Origin: Octopus vulgaris
Lineage: Eukaryota
Direction of reading: 5' to 3'
Length of the DNA stretch: 64,000 nt
Assembly: GCA_951406725.2 (NCBI GenBank)
Contig: OX597829.1
Coordinates: forward strand, 35,402,001 to 35,466,000
The notes under the pieces were generated by a model, which saw nothing but the letters and a program-made list of their open reading frames with translations, searched no databases and was not told where the DNA came from. Positions 41,761 through 56,225 of this stretch are shown here, in pieces. Numbering within the stretch: position 1 is the stretch's first letter; the number at the start of each line of letters is the position of its first letter. The position numbers and the translations under genes are program-made.

Positions 41761-42158
41761 TATACATATGTATGTATGTATGTACGTATGTATGTATGTA
41801 TGTATGTATGTATGTATGTATGTATGTATGTATGTATGTATGTATGTATGTATGTATGTACGTACGTACGTATGTATGTATGTATGTATGTATGTATGTA
41901 TGTATGTATGTATGTATGTATGTACGTACGTATTTATGTATGTATGTACGTACGTATGTATGTATGTATGTATGTACGTATGTATGTATGTATGTATGTA
42001 TGTATGTCTGTATGTATGTCTGTATGTATGTACGTACGTATGTATGTATATATGTATATGTGTGTGTGTGTGTGCGTGTGTGAGTATATATATATATATG
42101 TATGTATATGTATGTATATGTATACACCCCCCCATATATATATATATATATATATATA
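41761..42158. repeat. (TATG)/(TACG)/(TG)/(TA)n compound microsatellite
   Basis: Direct reading. Confidence 0.96.
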
Positions 42159-43242
42159 GGATCTTATCAGTTTGGCTGCTAACATTTCAACAGTTCAATT
42201 TACCGAAAAGTTAAAAAATTTGTCACAATAGTACACATGGCCAAACTGAATTTCTGGAGTTATTTCGTTTTTCCAGGAAAATGTTTTAAAAAAGTTATGG
42301 GAGTTTTATCGAGAACGTCCAGAAAATACCACGTGTTGTCAATATCTGTAAGCAATACCTGTTATGTCTCCGGTAATTGTCTTTCGTGTAAATAAATGTT
42401 TATGTTAATTTAAAAGATTTTTTCTAAAAATATCTGATTTAGCTTTTATTTTTAGCACGCAACACAATCACTTCAATACTCAATGATAAAAAGAAACGAG
42501 TAAACATACATTTGAGCACTCAATATGCATTTAATGCAAATGCGATAAACAACACATTACATGCGATAAACAAATTACAATTTTTAACAGAAAGATCTGG
42601 AAGAAGTAGACGAAAGTTCTGCGGTAATTGTCTTTCATGTAAATAAATGCCTATGTTAATTTAAAAATTTGCCAACAAAATCTTATAAAATTACAATTTT
42701 CCACAAGTTGTACATGTTTATATATGAAAATAAGAGTGAACAAAATATGTTTAAAAACAAACATTTAAGCATTAAAAAGCAAACATTTAAGCATTAAAAA
42801 AAAAACATTTAACCTTCGGTTTTAATTTTTAAAATATCCTCCTCGGTCTTCAATGTTTCCATAATAGAAGCGAAGTTACCAGAGGTTGCTGCCATAATCA
42901 CACAGAACACAGAACGTAGCGTAAAATTTGTCAACACGTGCTTCCTTGCTGATGAAAGACTTTTCAAAGACTGCTCGGATTCGCTTGTTACTATAGCAAC
43001 AGGCACGTTGAGAGACAAAAGAGTTCTCAAGTTCTTACTATCGAAACAGGCAGGAATGTGTCTGTGGCTTACGATTGACTCAAAATTACCAAAATTGTCA
43101 AACTTTAATTGCTAATAACTTTATTTGCTGATTTATTGCGAAAATTACTTTCACGTCATTAAATAGCCTATAAAAGTGTATCATTACTCTGAACAGGAAA
43201 TCAATTCGAACAGAACTCATGCTGGCAGCCAGACCGATAAGA

Positions 43243-43244
<2 letters not shown>
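42159..43244. mobile_element. Non-autonomous DNA transposon with ~20 bp TIRs
   Basis: gatcttatcagtttggctgc versus gcagccagaccgataagatc. Internal direct repeat at 42371-42414 / 42622-42665. Confidence 0.78.
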
Positions 43245-43278
<34 letters not shown>

Positions 43279-43313
43279 GACGGAACGCACGCATCCATTT
43301 CTAAGTAAGTTTG

Positions 43314-43388
<75 letters not shown>

Positions 43389-43391
<3 letters not shown>

Positions 43392-44368
43392 TGTTGGACA
43401 AAATAATGGAAATACCTAGCATCATAATTTTGAAACATCTTTAAAGTCGTCAAAAGCTTGTCTATTTTTATGTTTTTTGATTCGTTATTAGTGTTGCTTA
43501 ATATGTTTTGCTAAAATTGCTGTTTCTTTTCAGATATCACCAGAAAAGTTAATTAAAATACATAAAAATCACAGATCTATCCGACTTTCAAAGATGTCAA
43601 ATTGTTGGTGCTCGTATGGCAGGAGCTAGCGAAACGTAAACAGCCAAAATGTTTGGTGTCTCAAGAAATACTGTCTCAAAAGTAATGAGAGTCTTTGAGA
43701 AAGGGGAAAAACCTCCTCGTCGAAACGAAACTCCGGAAGAAAGCCAAAACTTTTAGATAGGGACCGTTGACTCTTACGCGAATTGCTAGAAAGGATCATA
43801 AAAGTACAGCCCCCCAAATTACTGTAGAGCTTAATGACCACCTCGGGAACCCAGTTTCCACAAAAACTATTCACCGGGAGCGGCACAAAGCTGGATTTCA
43901 CGGGAAGGCTGCAATCAGAAAACCGCTACTTTCAAAAACAAACGTTGCAAAACGTTTAGAGTGGAGTAAAAACCTATAGAATTAGTCCCCAGAGCAATGG
44001 AAGAATGTTATTTCCTCGGATGAGTCATCTTTTACCTTATTTCCGACCACCGGCCGAGTATACGTGTAGAGACAACCAAAAGAAGCATTGACCCAGACTG
44101 CATACTTTCAATTGTTAAACATGGTGGAGAATCTGTGACGATCTGGGGGGGGGGGGCTATATCTTGGAAATCCGTCGGTCTAAAGGTTTCCCTTTATGGA
44201 AGAATTAATAGTCAAGACTATTTAAGCATTTTATCTTATCAAATTCATCCGGAGGGAAACGCAATCTTTCACGATGATAATGCACCAATTCACACTGTTA
44301 AAGTTGTTACTGAATGGCACGAAGTTGAACATCTTATCTGGCCACCACAGTCCCCAGATCTCAATACT
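43389..44368 (+). mobile_element. Tc1-like transposon, decayed, 3'-truncated
   Basis: Left TIR-like ggtgttggacaaaataatggaaatacc after TA. Motifs NSGRKPK, AIRKPLL, VISSDES, VKHGG, FHDDNAPIH, WPPQSPDLN. Confidence 0.92.
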
Positions 44369-44373
44369 ATGTG

Positions 44374-44445
<72 letters not shown>

Positions 44446-44489
44446 TGTGTGTATATTTGTTTGTTTTGGTATGTGTAATTGTGTATGTG

Positions 44490-45735
44490 TGTGATGACGG
44501 GCGCAAGATTTCTTTCTTTACATATTTAGATGTGAAAAGAGCAGCAACTGAACAGCAATCTTTTTTATGCATGGCACAAAAGATTGTCCGGCAGCTGACC
44601 TGGCCTCAGACACAAACTTGAAACTACACTCACCACCACACAAGGCCACCACCATCAACGGATATAGGATGGTCACCACGGACACCAACACACACGCCCC
44701 CCCCCCCAAATATTTCTTCTAAATATAGAAGGGCTGTTGCATGGCAATTGTAAAACTAAAATCTTGTTCCTGTGAGAGATCGTGTGGTATGGAAACAAGC
44801 TCTATGCATGACACTTGTATAAACGCATCTTAGACATGATATAGGGGATGCAGATTACACATACCACAATATGTTGTCATCCGCTCAATTAGAAAGGATA
44901 GGAGTCATGGTGGAGTTGCTGTGTACATCACGGAGGACCTCACGCCCCAGGTCCTGCTGTCTTCAAATTCAGTGTGTGGCACTCAAATTGTACACATTAG
45001 ACAATTTAATATTGTTATATGTACTACATGTCGCCCACCGGATGCTCCAAGTCATAGAGGCAGGTTTGAAGATTCCCTAGCAAAGATAGAAGTTCTCACC
45101 AAACTGGGACAACACATCAGCGTATTCCTTTTGAGTGACCTGAACATCCTCAATGTGGGATGGCATGGGAACCAGATGCTCCCAGGAATGACATATCACC
45201 AGCAAGCACAGGGGGGGGGGGAATCCCTGCTCCACCTCACCAATGCTTCTTTCATGGAGCAAATTGTGCTGCAACCAACACTGGATTTCTGCTTCACGAA
45301 CAATAGGGACATTATCCATAATGTTAAAACGACAACGGCACTGGTCTCGGAACACAACATAATAGAACTGTCTATTTGTGGACCAAAAGTCCCTGCAGAC
45401 ATACAACTTATACGAAGCACTATGAATCTCTCCAAACTAAATTTCAATTAGAAGTTGATTGAGAAAGAGATCCTCAAACAGGATTGGCCTAAATGTCTCT
45501 CCACACCAGACATTGACATGATATACAGACGTTTCATGTCCATTGTACAAGCCATAAGTAACAAATTTGTCCCAGTGTGCAGGGCCAACATACAAAAAAA
45601 AAAACCGGATCCCTAGGGAAAGGAAGATTCTTATGAGATAACGACAAAGATTGCGAACCGCCTGAGCAAGCATCCCAAAAGTGGTGGCAGGTCTTGTCTG
45701 GAGAGAAGGCTATTGGAGATTGAGAAAACTATGCA
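44490..45735 (+). mobile_element. CR1-like LINE 5' fragment (AP endonuclease region), decayed
   Basis: RKDRSHGGVAVYI, CRPPD, LLSDLNI, QIVLQPTLDFCFTN, SEHNII. Confidence 0.82.
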
Positions 45736-45736
45736 T

Positions 45737-45859
45737 CAGGACTTATTCTTTGTAAGCCTAGTACTTATTCTACCGGTCTCTTTTGCTGTATCGCTAGGGT
45801 ACAGGGACGCAAACACACTAACATCGATTGTCAAGCGTTGGCGGGGAACAATGCAGACA

Positions 45860-45890
<31 letters not shown>

Positions 45891-46075
45891 GCACACACAC
45901 ATGTATATATATATATTTATACGACGGATTTCCTTCAGTTTCCGTCTACCAAATCCACTCACAAAGCTTTGTGAGTAGCCAGAAGCTATAGTACAAGAAG
46001 TTCGAACAAGGTGCCACGTAGTGGGAAAAAACCCCGGAGTCATGTGGTTGGGAAGCAAGCTTCTTACCACACAGT
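45737..46075 (-). mobile_element. SINE family A, diverged
   Basis: Reverse-complement similarity to 6985-7370. Confidence 0.85.
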
Positions 46076-46461
46076 CGTATGTTCCAAAGCCTGATTGATC
46101 TATTGGTTGTTAGTCCACGCGTTGTTTCGTTTGTCTGATGACCGTAAACAACCTGTAGAGATGAGACAAATGAGATAAGTGCATATAGCGTGACAGTTAA
46201 ACTTACGGCATGCAGATTAGTAGCTCCGGTTCTCTGCGCCTGCAGGATTTATTATGTATATAAATGGAATCGTTGCTTATTTCAGAGGGGTTGCTCAAAT
46301 TGACTTAGACACTTCTGATAACACCCCAATAAGGTCTGAAAATCGATTGTCCATTTTTTTTTCAGTCTACGGAGAAATCGGTACATTTACCCTGTTTACA
46401 TATATCTATGGCATTGGTTACGTTTATAATGCAGAATGATACACCCACACATACATAAATG

Positions 46462-46522
<61 letters not shown>

Positions 46523-46834
46523 TGTGTGTGTGTGTGTCTGTGTGTGTGAGAACCTCCCAAAACTAGACACCAATATCGAACCATTGTCCAAGCTTAATTA
46601 TGTTCTCTATGAAGAAAACCAAACGTTACCAAAAATAAGCGATTCAACTTTACAAGAATTAAGAACAACTCAGAATAGCGAGACAAAGATATGAGAAATT
46701 CACAATCGGGCAGATAGCTGCATTTCCGTAATCAGCTGCCCATATGAAATAAACGGATATCACTATATATACATACAAACAAGGCAAATTTAAACCATTT
46801 CTAAGGCAAATTATTATGGTACGGTTATAATACC

Positions 46835-47063
46835 TATTTCTTTATTACCCACAAGGAGCTAAACACAGAGGGGGACAAACAAGGACAGACATAGGTATTA
46901 AGTCGATTACATCGACCCCAGTGCGTAACTGGTACTTCATTAATCGACCCCGAAAGGATGAAAGGAAAAGTCGACCTCGGCGGAATTTGAACTCAGAACG
47001 TAACGGCATACGAAATACCGCTAAGCATTTCACCCAGTGTGTTAACGATTCTGCCAGACCGCA
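46835..47063 (-). mobile_element. SINE family B
   Basis: Matches 3054-3285. Confidence 0.9.
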
Positions 47064-47330
47064 GCTTTTAAATATCAACCACCGAGCAAGCCCGACTCTC
47101 CATTAAATAAACGCGAAAATAAACAGATAAAATTTGAAATTTTTATATCAGGTGGGTCAACATCACCGCACAAATTCTAGGTTAGTAGCCAATCTGTTTA
47201 TATGAGTTAGAAATTCAGTAGTTTCACTGAACAGGAGCTAACACTTTGCGTACCGTCAATGAGGGTATCCAAGCCATGATATAAGGTAGGCGAAACTTAT
47301 GTAATAGACATACAGACATGACAATTTCAA

Positions 47331-47404
<74 letters not shown>

Positions 47405-47469
47405 GTCAGTCTGTCTGTCTGTCTGTCTATCCATCTGCCTGCCTGCCTGTCTGCTTGTCTGTTTGTCTG

Positions 47470-47512
<43 letters not shown>

Positions 47513-47543
47513 GTCTGTCTGTCTATCTCTGTCTCTGTCTTTG

Positions 47544-47607
<64 letters not shown>

Positions 47608-47706
47608 CCTACCTATCTATCTATCTGCCTGTCTATCTATCTCCCTATCTATGACCGTAACAACTTTCCACCTTCGAGAAGTGAAGAGTAAAATTTGTTT
47701 TTAGAC

Positions 47707-47770
47707 TAGAGTCTGATTAGTCGTCCACGAAGCCACAGCCTTCGTGAATGCGAAACCATTGGTCACTCTA
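47707..47770 (+). ncRNA. Type I hammerhead-like motif (G8U core change) in a ~150 bp segment after (CTAT)n
   Basis: tagagt-CTGATTA-gtcgtc cacgaag ccacagc cttcgtg aatgc-GAAAC-cattg-GTC-actcta. Perfect 6 bp stem I; stem III acc/ggt. Confidence 0.7.
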
Positions 47771-47820
47771 TGACCAGACATTAACTTTATTAGTTTAATG
47801 TATGTATATATGTATGTAAT

Positions 47821-48139
47821 GAATGCGCGTGATTTAATAGCTCAGGTATTCGGTTCACGAACGTACGGTCGTGTGATACTCGGCACCACGTTGTGACCCT
47901 GAGCAAGACACTTCATTGCATGCCCCTCCAGTCCATTCAGCTGGTAAAATTGAGTAGTACCTGTATCTCAATGGACCAGCTATGTCGCACTCCATGTCAC
48001 GCTGAATCATCTTGAGAACTACGATCAAATTACGCGTGTTAATGGGGGAGGGGTTCGCAACTGGCGCGTAAATTTCGAGGACTGGCTGTTCTGTTGATCA
48101 GATCAAGATGAACAATCATCCGCCTAACCGACGGAGTAC
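47821..48139 (+). mobile_element. Old SINE related to family C
   Basis: gtgaccctgagcaagacactt core; body and tail aaccgacggagt shared with 54176-54558. Confidence 0.7.
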
Positions 48140-48178
48140 TAGTTTATATGCAATGTATATATAGATTTGATTATATAT

Positions 48179-48676
<498 letters not shown>

Positions 48677-49669
48677 CACACACACATACATACATGCATA
48701 CACACACACTCACATACACACAGGCAGATGCATCCATACACACACATACGCACACACACACACACATGCACACACACATATACACACACACACGAAAGCT
48801 GAAAATTTTTGTCATTATTGTCATTTGTTAGCTAATATCTCTATCTCCTTTCCTTTTACTCTGTATTCGATGCGTCTCTCCCCTTCTACATGTATACATG
48901 AATACATAGCCACATATATACACATGTATGTAAATATATATATATATATGTGCAAGTGTACCTCTGTGTGCGTGTATATATATAAAGATACACGCACACA
49001 CACACATGCACACATATCTATGTAAGACTGTGTTTGTATGCCTATTTATATAAATATGTGTGAATTTGTGCGTTGGATTCAACGCAGACACATGCATATA
49101 TATTTTTACATTCACACACACATACAACACACACACACAGACACACACACGCACAAGCCTACCCCCCCCCCCCAACACACACACGCACACACGCATACAC
49201 AGACATATGTACATCCACTGCGTGTGAGTGCGTATGTGTGTGCATGTGTGTTTTCATGTATCATATTATATGCAAACAATTGTACCCAAATAACGTAAAT
49301 GCATGCATATACATACGAGTGATCGTCTAATATGCATTGTGTTCGAAATTAAGAAAAATCGAAAGAAAAGAAATTGACGAAATCTTCAGAGAAAGAGCCA
49401 CAAGATTGTCTTAGATTAATTTAGATGAGTGCGAGAGGAGTGATTAACTCTCCTGGGGAATTATGTGTATTCTTTTCGGAGCCAAGAATATAATGTCATC
49501 AAGGCGAAAGCTTTTGAGACACAAGAAAGGTGTTCTTTAGCCGCGAGACAGCTACTCTTGTCTTCTGATGAGGAGAGGAATTTTTATGTTAAGAATAATG
49601 GCTTCAGAATGGTGGAAGCACGTCTAATAAACATGGTGGCAGTACTTGTTAAATGTGTGCATACTTGCT

Positions 49670-49805
<136 letters not shown>

Positions 49806-49806
49806 T

Positions 49807-49868
<62 letters not shown>

Positions 49869-49882
49869 CGTGTGTGTATGTA

Positions 49883-49939
<57 letters not shown>

Positions 49940-49990
49940 GCGTGTGTATGCATGTATGTGAATGTATGTTTGTGTGAATGAATACGAATG

Positions 49991-50035
<45 letters not shown>

Positions 50036-50314
50036 TGATGAGATAGATAAGCATGAATTAAAAGAGAGGAAATAAAAAGAGAAAGAGTGAAAAAAGAAAG
50101 AAACTGAAGAAAGAGAGGAAAATAGAGCCAGTGAAAGAGCGTGTGGTAGAAAACCAAATAGGAAATTAAGAATTATATTAAATTTTCTCATAGAAAGTTG
50201 GAACCAATGTACCTACCTTTGAAAGGTGTTTCAAGTATGTTGTTTCATCCTTCTCTATTTTTCTGAATCATTACGTCTCTCTTATTGTTCACCTCCCCTC
50301 TCTGTCATTCTCTA

Positions 50315-50365
<51 letters not shown>

Positions 50366-50459
50366 ATATATACATATATATGTGTGTGTGTATATATACA
50401 TATATTTATATATATATATATATACATACATACATATGTATGTATATATATATATATAT

Positions 50460-50532
<73 letters not shown>

Positions 50533-50965
50533 ATATTCCCACACACATCATATATATATATAAAGTGCGCGCTAGACAGGAGATAAGAATTACAACTCTT
50601 TTGTCTCCCTGGCACTCACTTTTCTGTCTATCAATTTGTCAATCAATACATCAGCTTATCTGCATATCTACATACATTTCTATTTTCTCAGGGTGCAAAC
50701 TTATATATATGTGCATAGATACATACATTCATTTAGGCATACATATGTGTGTACAGACACACACATAAAACAAAGGTGATTAAAGATGTATATTAAATAC
50801 CATACAACATAAAATTCTTGATTTATAGAACTTATCTCCGATTCCAGAGAAGGTGAAACAATCGCCTGGTGGCATTTGAAAACAACTCGAAAAAGAAGGG
50901 GATATAAATCAACAATCATGAATTCTGTAAAAGAAAATACAACCTGATTCTCTGGAGACAAAGGG

Positions 50966-51012
50966 ACTGCTTTGATACGTATTTCTATCTCAATAGACAT
51001 CATCAGGACAGT
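50966..51012 (-). ncRNA. Minimal hammerhead-like motif with canonical core and damaged stem I
   Basis: Minus strand: actgtc-CTGATGA-tgtct attg agata-GAAA-tacgta-TC-aaagcagt. Palindromic stem III ATACGTAT; triplet AUC. Confidence 0.6.
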
Positions 51013-51204
51013 AGTTGTTTTAATTTGTCTAGAGCAAACATGATACTTAGATATGTACAAAAAACAGTAGCATACATTTTTTGATTTACAAAATTTGCTC
51101 TATGCGCGCGCGTTAGTGTATATGTCTGTATGTAAGCTCTACCCTAATATTATACTGTCCTACTATTGAGTCCTTTATATTTTCATACATATGCATATCT
51201 ATCA

Positions 51205-51299
<95 letters not shown>

Positions 51300-51305
51300 A
51301 CCGCC

Positions 51306-51337
<32 letters not shown>

Positions 51338-51568
51338 TGCTTTTCCTTCCGGTCTTTCAAAATGTGACCTCGTGTGTACCGTTGGCGATTTTTTTCCTCT
51401 GTCTTCCCTTCTCTGGATCTTTCCTTTCACTATGCTTCCGACGAAGAGCTCCGCTCGAAACGTTACACCCTCCTTCTTTCCTTCTTTCCTGAGCGTCCAA
51501 TTATACTATATTTGTTCCACGTCCTCGCATTGTTGTGTTTTTTTTGTGCTTTCTTGTTTGGATTAACT
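51338..51568 (+). mobile_element. ~230 bp cassette between (TA)n tracts carrying a degenerate minimal hammerhead at 51434-51468
   Basis: CCGACGA-a gagc tcc gctc-GAAA-CG-TT, with palindrome AACGTT. The terminus ...ttggattaac|(TA)n recurs inverted at 41127 and 53421. Confidence 0.7.
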
Positions 51569-51717
51569 ATATATATATATATATATATATGTTCATATGC
51601 ACAATGTATTTATGGATATGCACATAGCTGCAAAACAATGTGGCAAAAATAGTACTTGAATACCAAACGCAAAGTAAAATATTATCTTATCGAAGTAGAT
51701 AAAAACGGTCGTAAGAC

Positions 51718-51759
51718 GACTGTCTGACGAGCGGTTACGCGAAACTTTGAACAACAGTT
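51718..51759 (+). ncRNA. Hammerhead-like motif with canonical core but mutated cleavage triplet
   Basis: gactgt-CTGACGA-gcg gtta cgc-GAAAC-tttga-ACA-acagtt. Stem I actgt/acagt is in the exact expected register. Confidence 0.65.
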
Positions 51760-52221
51760 TGTGATAATTGTTTTTGTTTTTGTTTTTAAGTTGGAGTTTA
51801 AAATAGATTGTAGTAAATGTTTGTAATAAATAAACAGAAAGAATTAAAGTTTTGTCTGAAGTAGTTTTCGTTTGAAGTTCAAATAGGTATCATGATGTGG
51901 TCTGTTCATTTGAAAGAGTGTGTTTCTGTATGAGTTAGATAGTGGTTTACGTGGTTCCAAATAGCAGTTCTTTTCTGGGGAGAATGGAGGATAAAAGTGC
52001 TCAAACTCATGTACCAATAAAATCACAGGCAATGCTTACAGTTTCAGGAAGATCCATAGAGGCATTCATATATGTAAGCTCACACACACACACAAATATT
52101 TTTACATACATAAGTACGTACATACAAATGTACATACGTAGGTACGTACGTACGTACATATATACATACATACACACATACATAAACATAAATAAATATT
52201 CTTTCATTCTTTTTCTTTTAT

Positions 52222-52435
52222 ACTTTTATTTGTCTCAGTCATTTGATTGCGACCAAGCGGGAGCACCACCTTGAAGGGTTTTTAGTCGAACAAATCGACC
52301 CTTGCAGTATTTTTTACTTCCAGTACTGTACTTTTCTATCGAGTTCTTCTGCCGAACCGGTTAGTTGTGGAGACGTAAACACAATAACAACGGTTGTCAA
52401 GATGTGATAGGGTTAAAACACAGAAACACACTCAG
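52222..52435 (-). mobile_element. SINE family A, diverged 3' half
   Basis: Reverse-complement similarity to the family A tail. Confidence 0.75.
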
Positions 52436-52880
52436 ACACACAGACACACAGACACATACGCACATACACGTACACTAATATATATAAGTTAAAATTAAAG
52501 TTAAGATTTAGATTTAAAATTTAAACTGCGTTTTGGGTATGTGTCTGGTAGTATGTCGACAAAATACGATCACTGCCAATGGTTACCTGGCGCCATCCAC
52601 AGTAGTTGTATAATCGTGGCTGAATCTACGTTAGAAATTCTTCAGTGCACACAGATAATAGTAGAAACAATGGATACGGAAGACATAGTATACTGGAAAT
52701 TTTATCATAGCGATCATTTCGTCACATTCTGCAGCGCTCTCTTGTTGGTGGGGAAACTAGACAAGGAATTATAGTGCTCCCCACAGTGCAGGCGTATCTC
52801 CGCAGGCGATGCAGCTCAGTTTCTCTCACTTGCATCACCCAAGGTGCCACGCACTGGGACTAAAACCCGGAATCGTACAC

Positions 52881-53169
<289 letters not shown>

Positions 53170-53385
53170 CCTGCATGTATACATCCATATATGTGCGTGT
53201 GTGTGTGTGTATGCTTGTGTGTGTATGTATGTGTTTGTATGTATATATTTGTGTGTGTGTGTCTGTTTGTCTCCTACCACCGCTTCACAACCGGTGTTGG
53301 TGTGTTTAAGTCCCCGTAACCTTGCGGTTCGACAAAAGAAACCGATTGAATAAGTATCATATACATATATACATATATATGTATG

Positions 53386-53420
<35 letters not shown>

Positions 53421-53425
<5 letters not shown>

Positions 53426-53491
53426 ATCCAGACAAGAAAGCACAAAAATACACAACAACGCGAGGACGTGGAACAAATATAGTGTTATTGG
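53421..53491 (-). mobile_element. Terminus of the 51338-51568 cassette family, abutting (TA)n
   Basis: Reverse-complement match to 51498-51568. Confidence 0.75.
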
Positions 53492-53528
53492 GGGGACACA
53501 CACACACACACACACACATACACACACA

Positions 53529-53642
<114 letters not shown>

Positions 53643-54175
53643 AGACATACATGGAAACTCTCACTAATCTTGCAGCAAGAAGAGCAATGATCTGGTATGC
53701 CTGTTGAAACACAAGTTATTTGGCGCCAACATTTGAATAACAAAGTTCTCCGAAGAATGTGATGTTAGCAAAGTTACTTTTGATTCTGTGCTATAGGTGA
53801 CATGATGCCGAAGAATCTAAAGGGATGACGTTTTTTGATTCTTATCGCCAGAAATACAACTGTCAGAAGAGACTGACCATTTCTGCTCTAAAAAATGGCT
53901 TTAACCTCACGTTGAAAACAGCATAAAATACTAGTTTTCTCGCACATTAATGAAAGAAAAAAGAAGCAAGTTTGTAAATCTGAAGTATAACAAGTCTGAT
54001 CTAACCACACATTTTTTTATAATGAAAAAGAACCTCCAGTAAATATGACATGCAATATCGCTCACAGCTATCGTACAACTGAACTGCAGCAAAATCGCAC
54101 GCAACTACAGGAGTGCCTTTAATTTAGGTGATTTTAAAGAAGATATAAAATATACCTTACAAACAACTTAGGAAG

Positions 54176-54558
54176 GAAGCACTCCGTCGGTTACGACGAT
54201 GAGGGTTCCGGTTGATCCGAATCAACGGAACAGCCTGCTCGTGAAATTAACGTGTAAGTGGCTGAGCACTCCACAGACACGTGCACCCTTAACGTAGTTC
54301 TCGGGGATATTCAGCGTGACACAGAGAGTGACAAGGCCGGCCCTTTGAAATACAGGTACAACAGAAACAGGAAGTAAGAGTGAGAGAAAGTTGTGGTGAA
54401 AGAGTACAGCAAGGACCACCATCCCCTACCGGAGCCTCGTGGAGCTTTTTTAGGTGTTTTCGCTCAATAAACACTCACAACGCCCGGTCTGGGAATCGAA
54501 ACCGCAATCCTATGACCGCGAGTCCGCTGCCCTTACCACTGGGCCATTGCGCCTCCAC
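54176..54558 (-). mobile_element. tRNA-derived SINE, family C, full length
   Basis: Minus-strand head gtggaggcgcaatggcccagtggtaagggcagcggactcgcggtc...ggtttcgattcc (A and B boxes). Tail cgtcgtaaccgacggagtgc. Confidence 0.88.
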
Positions 54559-55252
54559 TTACAAATAACTACAGTTCTAAAAACAAGAAAAAGCCTCATT
54601 TAATACAAGCCTCTTCTTTCAACATATAAGTACTTTCTTAACTTAGAAAACACAACTAAGCTTCCCACAAATGCAATAGTATTTTCAACAGTAATTCACT
54701 CAGGATGTTCCCAAACTTTGTATAGACTCTCGCCAACCTGAATTGCAAAATCACGATACCAACGTTAAAACTTGAAATTCTACACTCCAACATTATCCCC
54801 CCGCTCCTCTACAGTTACTATCCAGTTTTCTGATCGTCCCTACATAGTTCTCATCTCAACTTTTAAAAATCGCCTTGCTAAATACTTAGATTCAATCAGA
54901 ATTCCCAAGATTATCGAGAATCTATAATACACAAGACTGAAACTTAAATGATTCAAACAAGCTATTCTCTAAGACTTCGAACGTATTATATACTAGATAA
55001 TATCTAATATCTTAAATTATAAATTCTTTTATTTTTATCTCCGAGAAAACGCAATCTTATTTAGCTCCCATTATATCTTCAGCCTAAAATAGGAGCCATA
55101 TCTCATATTTACGGCACATAAAACAAAATGAAACATTTCTACTATATATGTATATCCATCCATCCATCCATCCATCCATCCATCCATCCATCCATCCATC
55201 CATCCATCCATCCATCGATCCATCCATCCATACATACATACATTCATGCATG

Positions 55253-55304
<52 letters not shown>

Positions 55305-55347
55305 CATATATACATATACATATACATTTATATATATATACATATAC

Positions 55348-55386
<39 letters not shown>

Positions 55387-55528
55387 AAAATGGTTTCAAA
55401 TGGTTATATAACCCTGATAGTTACCATATTTCTTCTTAAATCGGCCTTAAATGCCGGCTAACCACGGTGAATTTTGAATAAAATAATAGATGTGGAAAAT
55501 CTCCGTTCTTCTGACATAGAAATATTTC

Positions 55529-55565
<37 letters not shown>

Positions 55566-56225
55566 CACACACACACGCACATACACACACACATATAGAC
55601 AGAGAAAGAGGAAGATAGCAATAACTACTTCCTTAGATGTTCGAATAAACATCCACGATTTGCCTTGATACAAAATAGCTGTAAAAAAGTAGGCGAGATG
55701 AATAAAAGTTTATTTGAAAATTATAGTGGCTTAATAGTTTACTACATTTTCGAGTTTAACGTTCAAGTTAAATAAATTAAATTAAAAAATTAATTTAATT
55801 TAAATTTGGCACGTGTTGCTCTCTTCAGCACTATTTTACCCATATTTACGAAAAATATGTATAATTTTAAAGCATTACCTTATTCATTCACAGCCAAAGT
55901 TCAAAGTATGTAAAAATATTCAAAAGTTTAGAGGGTAAGAAGGTGTAAATTTCCATCCAAAATTTCAGCATGCTTCTTGCCGGGGCGGCAAATAGGTATA
56001 TATAGACCGAGAGAAAGAGAAAGACAGGAATAAATGCTCAATATGAAACTCTACATTTACTTTATAATTCCATATATGAAGGTGCCACTCATTTGCTTGA
56101 TTGTCAATATGTCTATTGATTTACTCCGGAATAAAGTTTTCCCTAAACTCCAATTTTTTTGTTTGTAGATTGGAAGTCTATTTATTAATGAAATTCATGC
56201 TTAATGAGTTATGGATCTTTTATCT

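Noticed and set aside
46707-46741. Minus-strand gggcag-CTGATTA-cg-GAAA...ctgccc
   Set aside because: No stem II, G8 is missing and stem III is unpaired; at most a very decayed relic.
49465-49660. Possible host exon, also containing CTGATGA
   Set aside because: No recognisable homology or clear splice signals, and no downstream stem II with GAAA.
54480-54558. Functional tRNA gene
   Set aside because: It is the head of a SINE: the cloverleaf is imperfect and it continues into a repeat body.
55385-55445. Minus-strand hairpin plus GAAAC between (TA)n tracts
   Set aside because: The core reads AAGAAGA and stem I is absent; too degenerate to call.
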